Below are positions 22,997 to 32,024 of a stretch of 64,000 nucleotides of DNA, in pieces. A program made the translations under genes and the position numbers. The notes beneath the pieces are model-generated. The model saw nothing but the letters and a program-made list of their open reading frames with translations, had not been told where the DNA came from and searched no databases. The stretch comes from an uncultured delta proteobacterium (GTDB lineage: Bacteria > Desulfobacterota > Binatia > UBA9968): NCBI GenBank assembly GCA_963760795.1, contig CAVXEP010000028.1:43650-107649 (forward strand). Direction: 5' to 3'. The number at the start of each line of letters is the position of its first letter. The first letter of the stretch is position 1.

Positions 22997-24253
22997 TCAT
23001 GAAGCGGGCAACACCACCTTAAACTCCGACCCTTGACCTAATTCGCTTTCGACCGATACCCTACCGCCGAGCAATTCACAGAATTCCTTAACGATATAAA
23101 GGCCCAAGCCCATGCCGCCATGGTCTCTGATCTTAGCGGCATCGGCCTGCCAAAACTTGTGAAAGATAAGCCCGCTCTGGGCCTTGTCGATACCAATCCC
23201 CGTATCTTTAATCGAAATTTCCACTCGGTTGTTCTCTGGGTAATGTCGGACGGTCACACGGATTTCACCTTTCTCGGTGAACTTGAGCGCATTATTGATT
23301 AGGTTACGCAGGATTATTTTCAATTTCGCGGCATCGGTCGTCATTTTGGGCAAAGTAGCCGAATAGTCCCATACCAGCAACTGTTGGTCCGTATCGCCGA
23401 TCCCCCGATAATTACTCTCGAGATCCTCAAACAATACGTTGAGCACAACATCCTCCCTGCGCACTTCGGCGGCACGGGTCTCGATGCTGGCGGTATCGAG
23501 AATCGCATTCATGATTTCCAGCAAGGTCTCCGATTGCTGCATGATTTTTCCCAGCGCCGCGCTTTGTTCTGCAGTCACGTCACCTAACATCTTTTCCTTG
23601 AGCACTTGGGCATAACTGGTGATAACGGTTAGCGGCGTTTTCAATTCATGGGAAAGTACGTTGAGCAACTCGGCCTTCCCCTTGTTCTTCTGCTCAGCCT
23701 GCTCGCGAAGCACTTTCTGTGTGCGCACCAGCTGCATGAAGTAACCATAGAATAAGGACACAACGAAGAGAAATGGGAATCGCAACAGGGCGCTCGCATC
23801 GTAAGAGCCGCTACGAAAGAGGAGGACGCCATATCCTAATGGTGCCAGGATCGAGATCGCCGCGACGGTTTTGGAAGTCTCGAAGAAACAGCAGACTATG
23901 ATTAGAAAGAAGTAAGTAAGGAAGAACTCGCTGTCGACTTTGCCATTGACGATTAGCGAAATTGTAATGACGAAGGTATCGAGCGCCAACAAAGAGCTAT
24001 GAAACGCCGGCCGGTGAAACAATTCTTCCCTGATCGAATACAGGGCAACGTTGGTCGCCATGTAGAGTGCGACCAACAAGTTCAACAATTCGCTGGAAAT
24101 CGTGTCGTCAACTCGGTGGATGATGAGATAGCTGCATAGGATCACCACGGCCCAACGGATCAGGATGACCGTCGACTTGGCCGGGCCTATGTCATCTTTT
24201 CTGACATCGGTTTGGCCATACGGGAAAAGCTCGATTGTTTCGGTATGGGCCAT
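22997..24253 (-). CDS. membrane-bound sensor histidine kinase (orphan)
   Basis: About 5-6 TM N-terminus; SHELKTPL H-box, NLINNALKFT, DTGIGI, GMGLGL; start uncertain (24253 or 24265). Confidence 0.9.
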   Translation of the reverse strand: MAHTETIELFPYGQTDVRKDDIGPAKSTVILIRWAVVILCSYLIIHRVDDTISSELLNLLVALYMATNVALYSIREELFHRPAFHSSLLALDTFVITISLIVNGKVDSEFFLTYFFLIIVCCFFETSKTVAAISILAPLGYGVLLFRSGSYDASALLRFPFLFVVSLFYGYFMQLVRTQKVLREQAEQKNKGKAELLNVLSHELKTPLTVITSYAQVLKEKMLGDVTAEQSAALGKIMQQSETLLEIMNAILDTASIETRAAEVRREDVVLNVLFEDLESNYRGIGDTDQQLLVWDYSATLPKMTTDAAKLKIILRNLINNALKFTEKGEIRVTVRHYPENNRVEISIKDTGIGIDKAQSGLIFHKFWQADAAKIRDHGGMGLGLYIVKEFCELLGGRVSVESELGQGSEFKVVLPAS

Positions 24254-24382
24254 GAGGACTTTCAATCTCCTTGTCGCGACGGTCCATTAACCGGTACGCA
24301 ACAAAGATCATTGTAGCCTGCGAGAACGACTAAAGGAACGAAAAAAAGCCAATCCGGGGGGAACTCAGGTATTCAGTGATCG

Positions 24383-25855
24383 TCACTTACCACGAGCGAC
24401 GGCAAATCCGTATGATTCCCAGTTTTTGAGGACGCGCGCCTGCAGGTCCTTGGGCCAGAGATTTTCGAAGGTGGCTTTTTCCGGAATGCTCTCCTTGGGC
24501 CAGTCCTTGGGCCAGGTGCAATCGAAAATGACTCCCGCGGCGTCGCCGATCAATCGCTCCTTTGGCGCTAAGAACGGCAAGAGCACCGGGAAACCAGGAA
24601 TATGCGGCACATGATGGACGCCGTTGACCGGATGGCACTTGGTCGTGATCGCGTGTAGCACCTCGTCCATATTGGTGGGATCGACATCTGGCTCGACGAT
24701 GACCATGTAATAGACAAATAACCCAGGTTTGGTCGCCCACACGGCATGAGCCACCCGCCGGGCGAAGTTGACAAACGGCACTTCCGTGGACACCACACAC
24801 ATATGGCCGACGCCGAAGGGTGGGCAGAAAACACTTTTTACTGGCAGACCAAGTTTTTTGAGCTCGGAGTAGATCTCCGCGCCTTTGATTAACGCCGTCG
24901 CCGTCTGCCCTTCATGCACCGGCATGCCCATGTTGGAGAACGGCAGGATCGGATTGTTGCGATAGGTGATCGCCTTAATTCTTAGAATCGGTTTAGGCGA
25001 CGATTTGCCGGCTTCATAGCCCATGTATTCGCCAAAGGGACCCTCGGTCTTGCGTTCATGCGGCAACACCTCACCTTCGATGACGATCTCAGAGGACGCC
25101 GGGACTTCCAGATCCACGGTCTCGCATTTCACCATCGGGATCGGTGCGTTTTGCAGCGCGCCAGCGACATCCGCTTCATTGACGTAAGGCGGCAGCATCA
25201 CGCAGCTCACCAGTGGAATCACCGGCTGGCCGCCGATCGCCACCGCCACCGGCATCGGTTTATTCATCGCTTCGTATTTTTGGTACATCTGGCCGATATG
25301 CTGCTGCATCGGAAACAGACAACCGAGAGTGTTGCGATCATGGACCATCAGCCGGTACATGCCCCAATTGACCCACGAACTCTCTGGATCTTTGGTAATC
25401 ACCGTATGCCAGGTACCGATGTAGCGGCCACCGTCGCCGCCATGAATCAACGGAATCGGAAACTTGAGCACGTCGACGGCATCGCCAATATCGATGTTAT
25501 CTTTGCACGGCCCAGTCTTAACCGTTACCGGCGGGATCAATTTTTCCTTGCGCTGTAAATAGGTCGCCATGATCTCTTTAGCAGTCGATGCCGGTGGCAT
25601 ATGCATGGCCAGCGCGGTGCGAGCGAACTGCCCGTGTCCGGGACGGCTGCTGGTACCCAATGGAGCGCCGAGGGCACGAAAGCCTTTGGGATAACCCTTC
25701 ACTTTCTCGAATAAAGCCGCCGGCGCGCCGAGATCGTACACCCGCCGGGTGATCGCGCCCATCTCCAGGTTCCAATCCACTTCGGCGTCGATGCGCTGTA
25801 CTTCTTGATACTCCTCCAGGATATCGAGGTAATCCCTCAGATCGTCGATTTGCAT
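24383..25855 (-). CDS. UbiD-family prFMN-dependent (de)carboxylase
   Basis: EVDWNLE, DGGRY, NWGMYR, EIVIEG, EGPFGEYMGY. Confidence 0.92.
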   Translation of the reverse strand: MQIDDLRDYLDILEEYQEVQRIDAEVDWNLEMGAITRRVYDLGAPAALFEKVKGYPKGFRALGAPLGTSSRPGHGQFARTALAMHMPPASTAKEIMATYLQRKEKLIPPVTVKTGPCKDNIDIGDAVDVLKFPIPLIHGGDGGRYIGTWHTVITKDPESSWVNWGMYRLMVHDRNTLGCLFPMQQHIGQMYQKYEAMNKPMPVAVAIGGQPVIPLVSCVMLPPYVNEADVAGALQNAPIPMVKCETVDLEVPASSEIVIEGEVLPHERKTEGPFGEYMGYEAGKSSPKPILRIKAITYRNNPILPFSNMGMPVHEGQTATALIKGAEIYSELKKLGLPVKSVFCPPFGVGHMCVVSTEVPFVNFARRVAHAVWATKPGLFVYYMVIVEPDVDPTNMDEVLHAITTKCHPVNGVHHVPHIPGFPVLLPFLAPKERLIGDAAGVIFDCTWPKDWPKESIPEKATFENLWPKDLQARVLKNWESYGFAVARGK

Positions 25856-26056
25856 TGACTTACTCCTAACTTAAGACCAGCGCGCAGGATCCGTTGAAGC
25901 GGCATGATAATTTCGCCCCAAAGCAATTTATAGCAGAGCCACCCGCCAGCGGCAAAAGAAATCTCCTAAGAGTGCCACGACAAACTTGCGCCGATCAAAC
26001 TAGACAAAGATTTCCCAGTGCTTTATAGTCCGGAACTTGACGGTAAGGAGGCATTC

Positions 26057-26464
26057 ATGGCAGAGAGCAACAGACCAAGCGGACTACCGGCGGATTTGGG
26101 CGCATACCTCGGTGCCGGCACGAAAATCAACGGCAAACTCCATTTCGAAGGCCAAGTGACGATTGATGGCGAAGTTGAAGGAGAAATCGTCGCTCAGGCC
26201 CATATCATCGTGGGCCAGCAGGCAACTATCAAAGGTAAAGTGACCGCGCAATCGATTTTGGTGCAGGGCAAGGTAATGGCCGATGTCGTGACCGAAAAGA
26301 AACTGGAAATCCAGCCGCCCGGCACGGTGATGGGCGACGTGACTACACAAAGCTTAGTGATCGGTGATGGCGCCGTGCTCGAAGGGCATATCTCGATGAG
26401 GAAAAACGAGGGCCGGGCCATCCCGCTGCGCCAAGAGCAGAAAAAAGAAGGCAGCGTTTCCTAG
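26057..26464 (+). CDS. bactofilin (polymer-forming cytoskeletal protein)
   Basis: Beta-helix repeats GTKINGKLHFEGQVTIDGEVEGEI...GAVLEGHISM; AAGGAGG RBS. Confidence 0.9.
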   Translation: MAESNRPSGLPADLGAYLGAGTKINGKLHFEGQVTIDGEVEGEIVAQAHIIVGQQATIKGKVTAQSILVQGKVMADVVTEKKLEIQPPGTVMGDVTTQSLVIGDGAVLEGHISMRKNEGRAIPLRQEQKKEGSVS

Positions 26465-26467
26465 GCT

Positions 26468-28234
26468 TCAGTCCGCGAACAGCGGCACTATTCTCCGCTC
26501 TTTCGCGTTCACCAAACCGCGCGCGGTGATCCGTAGCGCCGGCAAGGTCACGAACGGCAAGAAGTTCAAAGCAAAGATGGGCTTGTCGAGAGACGAGCCC
26601 ATTTCTTTTAGACGGCCTTGAATGCGCCGCATCCCCCTGCCGATTTCCTGCCACGGGAACATCGAAAAAATTCCGCCAAAGGGCAATTCCATTTTCTCCA
26701 CCACCTGACCGCCATCGACGATCGCCATCCCGCCGCCGACCTCCAGCAAAACATTGGCGCACAATGCCATGTCAGCATCGTCGCTGCCAACGATCATCAA
26801 GGTATTTTCATCCAGGTTGGTCGTCAGACCGACGGCGCCGACCTTTACGCCGAACCCATTGAGAAAACCGAAGGCAACTTGCGGCGATCTCCCATGCCGG
26901 TCGAACATCGCGACTTTGAGAATGTCGTCGTAAAGACTCGCCTCGACGAAACCATTGGCCGCGTTGAACTCGACAATCCGCTGCGCCGTGATCGTCTGGC
27001 TCACCAGCTGCATCACACGCACTTTGGGATTAGCGCGTGGAGCGGCAATTTTGAACACAGCTTGCGAAATCGACAAGCCGACGCGCAACGAGCGCATCAG
27101 CTCCTGCGGCAGCGGCATCGCTTCGCCGTGAAACTCGGACACGCCATTGCCGGCAACACGCTTACCGCCCACACGCACTTCGCGCACATGGCACGATTCG
27201 AGATTGTCGAGCAAAACCAAATCGGCGTAACGCCCCGGAGCGATTCCGCCAACATCCTGTTCAATGCCCGAGTAAACCGCGGGATTGAGGGTTACAGTTT
27301 GAATCGCTTGCAGCGGCGAAAGTCCCAACGCGATAGCTCGCCGCACCACATGGTCCATATGGCCGCACTCCGCGACATCGTCCGGAGTCATGCTGTCGGT
27401 GACGAGAATGAGCCGCTGCAGGCTAATGCCCGATGCGATCAATTCTGGCAGCGTGGTCGCCAAGTCTTGGCGCAACGAGCCCTCACGGAGCATGGTCCAG
27501 TAGCCCAAGCGCAACCGCTCCAGGGCATCCTCAAAGCGAATCGGTTCATGACAAGAAGAGATGCCGGTGGCGGCCACCGCGCAGAGTTTTTGATCGCGCG
27601 CGCCGGCGGTGTGGCCATGCACGATCTGGCCGCGCCGCGAGGCCAACTCCAAGCGCGCCAAAAGCTCGTCGTCGCATTGCGTCAGGCGCAGCCAGGAGAC
27701 GATCTCGCCCATGCCGAGCACGCGGCCATCGTCCAACGCCGTGGCAATCTCGGCGTTGGTAAATTCCGCCGTGCTGCACAAAAGTGGGTCCTGCGGCGCC
27801 ACCATCGAGACCAAGGTGTAGACCCGCAGCGGGTGTCTCTCGACTTCGTCGAGAAACAGTTTCAAACCGCGCAGGCCGTAGACGCTCGACAGCTCATCAC
27901 AGGACGCGACCAATGAAGTGGTGCCGTGCGGCAGAAACGATTGGAGATTCTCAAAGGGACGAGCGTAATGACCGATATGAGTATGACCGTCGATGAACCC
28001 TGGCGCTATGTGACAGCCCGCAGCGTCGAGCATCTCGGTCTCGTCACCGCGGGTATGCCTAGCGCTGGAGCCGACGTAGCAAATCCGTCCGTCGAGCACC
28101 GCGATCTCGACACCCGGTAGGATTTCCCCGGAATAAACGTTGATCAGCTTGCCGCCGTTGACGATGAGATCCGCCTTCACCTCGCCCAGAGCGCCGCGAA
28201 TCAAACGAGCAAGTTGTTGTTTCGACCGCGCCAT
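26468..28234 (-). CDS. ade: adenine deaminase family amidohydrolase
   Basis: PGFIDGHTH, HGHT, SCHE, MLREGS, GHMDH, TLNPA, IAPGRYADL. Confidence 0.8.
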   Translation of the reverse strand: MARSKQQLARLIRGALGEVKADLIVNGGKLINVYSGEILPGVEIAVLDGRICYVGSSARHTRGDETEMLDAAGCHIAPGFIDGHTHIGHYARPFENLQSFLPHGTTSLVASCDELSSVYGLRGLKLFLDEVERHPLRVYTLVSMVAPQDPLLCSTAEFTNAEIATALDDGRVLGMGEIVSWLRLTQCDDELLARLELASRRGQIVHGHTAGARDQKLCAVAATGISSCHEPIRFEDALERLRLGYWTMLREGSLRQDLATTLPELIASGISLQRLILVTDSMTPDDVAECGHMDHVVRRAIALGLSPLQAIQTVTLNPAVYSGIEQDVGGIAPGRYADLVLLDNLESCHVREVRVGGKRVAGNGVSEFHGEAMPLPQELMRSLRVGLSISQAVFKIAAPRANPKVRVMQLVSQTITAQRIVEFNAANGFVEASLYDDILKVAMFDRHGRSPQVAFGFLNGFGVKVGAVGLTTNLDENTLMIVGSDDADMALCANVLLEVGGGMAIVDGGQVVEKMELPFGGIFSMFPWQEIGRGMRRIQGRLKEMGSSLDKPIFALNFLPFVTLPALRITARGLVNAKERRIVPLFAD

Positions 28235-28280
28235 TACGCCGGTTGTAACATGAAGCAAGAAACGTTACCAAAGGGCGAAT

Positions 28281-28790
28281 ATGACGAGACTGCCAAGAAC
28301 GACTGTAATTTTTTTGATTACGCTGGGCTCCATCGTTTGCGATCAAGCGACCAAGTTCATCGCCAAGCGATATCTTCGGGTCGGTGATTTTTTTTCTTAC
28401 GCCGGCGACACCTTTCGGCTACAGTACGCCGAAAATAGCGGCGCATTCTTGGGCCTCGGTTCGACGATACCCGATCCCTGGCGCCACTTAATTTTCACCG
28501 TCTTGGTCGGGATATTTCTCTTGGCATTGTTGGTTTACCTGCTGCGAAGTAGCGAGCTGACCTCTTTTGCCACCAAATGTTTGTCATTCATCTGCGCCGG
28601 CGGTCTGAGCAATCTGATCGATCGCATCGCCTACGACGGTCGGGTGGTCGATTTCCTCAACGTGGGTATCGGCCCGCTGCGCACCGGTATATTCAACCTC
28701 GCCGACATGGCCATCACCTTCGGCGCTCTGCTGATGCTGCTGGAGAGTTTTCGAACTCCGAGGTCGGCGGAACTGCCCGAGAAGCAATGA
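28281..28790 (+). CDS. lspA: signal peptidase II
   Basis: DQATK, ENSGAFLG, GGLSNLIDR, VVDFL, FNLAD. Confidence 0.93.
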   Translation: MTRLPRTTVIFLITLGSIVCDQATKFIAKRYLRVGDFFSYAGDTFRLQYAENSGAFLGLGSTIPDPWRHLIFTVLVGIFLLALLVYLLRSSELTSFATKCLSFICAGGLSNLIDRIAYDGRVVDFLNVGIGPLRTGIFNLADMAITFGALLMLLESFRTPRSAELPEKQ

Positions 28791-29332
28791 TCGTCGGAAA
28801 AGCAACTCTTTCGTTATTGCTTATTGCGGCCTTGCTGCGACCTGAGGCAAGTCTATTCGCCGCGCAAATGGCAACGGTTGTTCAACCCTCATCGCTATGC
28901 CGCGCCGAGGAGCAAGTCATATTCACTTGCGTGGCGGCGGGTTCGGCAAAACTCGTCTCGTTGTGCGGCTCCAAGCTCCTCGATCATCGCCGCGGCTACT
29001 TGCAATACCGCTACGGCAAACCCGGCGCCATCGAGCTGCAATTCCCCCAGGCACGCGCCAACACACAACTTGCCTTTCGCTACGCCCACTACTTCCGCGC
29101 CCAGGTAGATCGCACCGAAATCAGCTTCGACAACCAGGATTATCGCTACATCCTCTTCGATTATTACGAAGGCGACGTGAAGCCAGTGGTCGCCGTTGCC
29201 GGTGTCCGTGTCGGCAAACATGGCACAAAAGGACGGGAGACAGAGTTGCAATGCCAATCGAGACCGGCAAGCAAGCTCGGTTCCCTGGAAACCGTCATCC
29301 GTCGCGACCATGACAACCCGCTCAATCAGTGA
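28787..29332 (+). CDS. secreted hypothetical protein with four cysteines
   Basis: ATGA overlap with lspA; signal-peptide-like N-terminus; C..EEQVIFTC...SLC...LQYRYG. Confidence 0.7.
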   Translation: MIVGKATLSLLLIAALLRPEASLFAAQMATVVQPSSLCRAEEQVIFTCVAAGSAKLVSLCGSKLLDHRRGYLQYRYGKPGAIELQFPQARANTQLAFRYAHYFRAQVDRTEISFDNQDYRYILFDYYEGDVKPVVAVAGVRVGKHGTKGRETELQCQSRPASKLGSLETVIRRDHDNPLNQ

Positions 29333-29374
29333 CGTCGCGCCGGACGACAGCGAGTCACGATCAATTGTTAGGAG
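29329..29374 (+). promoter_or_regulatory. candidate guanidine riboswitch (two ACGA motifs)
   Basis: GTGACGTCGCGCCGG-ACGA-CAGCGAGTC-ACGA-TCAATTGTT-AGGAG directly before the SMR gene. Confidence 0.35.
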
Positions 29375-29380
29375 TTCACC

Positions 29381-29699
29381 ATGGCATGGATTTATCTATG
29401 CATCGCTGGGCTTTTAGAAATCTTTTGGGCGATCAGCCTCAAGCACACCGAAGGGTTCAGCAATCTTCGCTGGAGCGTCTGTAACGATAATCGGAATGAC
29501 GGCGAGCTTCTATTTTCTCGCTCAAGCTCTCAAAACTATTCCCGTCGGTACCGCCTACGCCATCTGGACCGGCATCGGTGCGGCCGGCACAGCGATTCTT
29601 GGAATTGTACTATTCTCTGAATCAGCTGCCCTGCCGCGGCTCGCCTGCATCGGCCTAATCATCGCTGGCATCGTCGGCCTGAAACTTACCTCATCTTAA
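29381..29699 (+). CDS. sugE: SMR-family exporter, Gdx/SugE type (frameshift near 29480)
   Basis: [24 protein letters not shown] joined to [18 protein letters not shown] in the shifted frame. Confidence 0.85.
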
Positions 29700-29794
29700 G
29701 CGTAAGCGAACAGAGGCGGCCCATAACCCTGCCCTCGGACCGCGAAATTTGCTATGACCGATGTTATCAACGAGGCATAGGAAGGAGCGAAACC

Positions 29795-30212
29795 ATGAGT
29801 ATCGAAACGAATGTTGCGACTATTGAAGGATGCTTATCAACGCTGGCACGATACTAAAGCTGGCAGCGTCGATCACTGGTTGAACCTAATGACCGACGAC
29901 GTGCAGTTCCGCTCCCTTGCCGCCGGGGCCGTAGAAATGCAATTCACCCGCCCATCTTGCTGCAAGGACGACGTGAAGCAATACTTCGCCGGACTGACAA
30001 ACGAGTGGGAGATGATCTACTACCGCGTCGACGAATACATCGCCCAAGCCGACCGCGTCGTCGCGCTGTCCCAAGTGTCGTTCAGGCACAAAAAGACCGG
30101 CAAGACGCTCGTTACACCCAAAGCTGACTTCCACAAGTTTCGGGACGGCAAAATCTGCGAGTTTTTCGAGTTCTACGATACGGCGCAGGCGCTAGCGACC
30201 GCCACAGCATAA
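29795..30212 (+). CDS. SnoaL/NTF2-like protein (frameshift near 29815)
   Basis: AAGGAG plus ATG at 29795 is out of frame with the body LLKDAYQRW...DDVQF...FRDGKICEFFEFYDT. Confidence 0.8.
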
Positions 30213-30319
30213 TCTTCGTAGAACGAGCGGAGCGCAGCGACCGACACCCAGCAATCAATTAGGATTTTGACTTTTGCCGCCCCCACCCATAATCTGCCGT
30301 CACGAGAGGTATTTGAAAC

Positions 30320-31238
30320 ATGATCATCGACTGCCACGCTCATTTAGTGCCGCAAAGCTGGTTTCATCCGAAATCGCCCAAGTGGATGTTCGATTTGCCG
30401 CATTTGTTCGACGAACAGGACAAGTCCGGCGTCGACATCACGGTGTTCGGCAACAACTGGATACGCTCGCCGGACGGCTACGATCCGTTGAAGGTCGTCC
30501 AGGAGTTCAACGTCCACGCCGCCGAACTCACCGCCAAGCATCCGAAACGACTGCTTGGCCTCGCCTGCTCGGTGCCCTACGACAGCGGGCCGATTCTCAA
30601 AGAGACTGAAAAAGCCATTCGCGAGTACAAGCTCAAGGGCATCATGATCAACTACAAGCACCGACGGCGAGTACCTCGACTCGCCGCGGGCGACACCGTT
30701 TTTCGAGATGGTCAGCGATCTGAATGTTCCCGTCTTCGTCCATCCACCGAAATTCACCATCGGTAACGAGAAGATGGAAATGTATCGTCTGCCGGAAATG
30801 CTGGGCCGCCCCTTCGACACCACGCTGTCGCTGACCCGCTTCATCTTCACCGGCGGCTTCGAGAAATTTCCCAAGCTCAAAATGGTCTGCGCCCATGTCG
30901 GCGGCGCGCTGGCGATGCTGCCAGGACGTTACGGCTTTGGCTACGAGCTTAGAAAAGACGACAGCTTCGGCGCCTGGGAGCCCGACGTCATGACCCGCCC
31001 GCCGGCGAGCTACATGAAGCAACTCTTCTTCGACACCGTCTGTTATCACCCGCCCGCCGTGCAATGCGCCATCGATACGATTGGCATCGATCAAGTGGTC
31101 TTCGGCAGCGACACGCCGCCGGTGCCAATCACGCTGGTGCGCGCCGTCGACACCGTGAAGCAGTTGAAGATTTCCGACGCAGACAAGCAAAAAGTCCTCG
31201 GTGGTAATGCGGCAAAGTTATTGGGCTTAGCCGGATAA
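30320..31238 (+). CDS. amidohydrolase 2 family protein (frameshift near 30655)
   Basis: IIDCHAH in first frame; PVFVHP, AHVGGAL, FFDT, VFGSDTP in second frame. Confidence 0.85.
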
Positions 31239-31249
31239 AATCATCGGAG

Positions 31250-31329
31250 CCCTGCGACTAAGCCAGGGCGAACGGAATGATTCGGACATGTCACGTACCG
31301 TTTCCCGTTCGTGCTGAGCTTGTCGAAGC
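31250..31329. repeat. palindromic REP-like repeat pair
   Basis: CCCTGCGACTAAGCCAGGGCGAACGG ... CCGTTCGTGCTGAGCTTGTCGAAGC, degenerate inverted copies. Confidence 0.6.
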
Positions 31330-31370
31330 GCTCCAAAGGTTCGGCTCGTAAACCACAGACCGGAGTGACA

Positions 31371-31862
31371 ATGACAAAACAACTCAATCCCGGCGACGCA
31401 TTTCCGCAGTTCGAGGTCGCCACCGTCAGCGGGTCGACGTTATCCATTCCCAGCGATCTCACAGGCGATTACGCCGTCATCATCTTTTATCGCGGCATTT
31501 GGTGACCCTACTGCGTGCGGCAGGTTGCCGACTATCAAGCGCATCTCGAAGAATTCACAGCGGAGAACACCGACATCGTCGCCCTGTCAGTCGATCCACT
31601 CGATAAAGCCCAAGAGATGGTCGCAAAGACCGGCGCGACATTTCCCGTCGGTTATGGCCTCAAAGTACCGGAAGATGCCGACCGCGTCGGCGCCTACTGG
31701 GAAGAACGGCGCGGCATCATTCACGCGACGAATTTCACCCTCGGCCCGGACCGCAAGGTACTCCAAGCCTGCTTCGCCACCGGCCCCATCGGGAGAATCG
31801 CCGCCGTCGATGCGTTAAGCTCGATCCGCGGTAGCAAAAAGCGCAAAGCCCAAGGCGGGTAG
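31371..31862 (+). CDS. AhpC/TSA peroxiredoxin-like selenoprotein (Sec at TGA 31503-31505, UxxC)
   Basis: ORFs 31311-31505 and 31515-31862 are in the same frame; readthrough gives FYRGIW-U-PYC-VRQV. Confidence 0.88.
31515..31532 (+). promoter_or_regulatory. bacterial SECIS element
   Basis: GT-G-CGGCA-GGT-TGCCG-AC hairpin with G-containing apical loop; upper stem starts 12 nt after the UGA. Confidence 0.72.
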
Positions 31863-31871
31863 CAAGAGTCG

Positions 31872-32010
31872 GTGATTATTCCGGGAATTGAGTCGACGAG
31901 AAGTCTTGAACGAAGACGAGATCCCTCACAATCGTTCGGGATGACACACAAGCAAGTTTCTTCCTTTAGATGCCCTCTCGCCCGCTTGCGGGAGAGGGCT
32001 GCGGTGAGGG
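31872..32010. repeat. cluster of REP-like palindromes between convergent genes
   Basis: AGATCCCTCACAATCGTTCGGGATGACA (31919-31946) and CCCTCTCGCCCGCTTGCGGGAGAGGG..GGTGAGGG (31973-32010). Confidence 0.6.
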
Positions 32011-32024
32011 CAATTGGATTAGAT

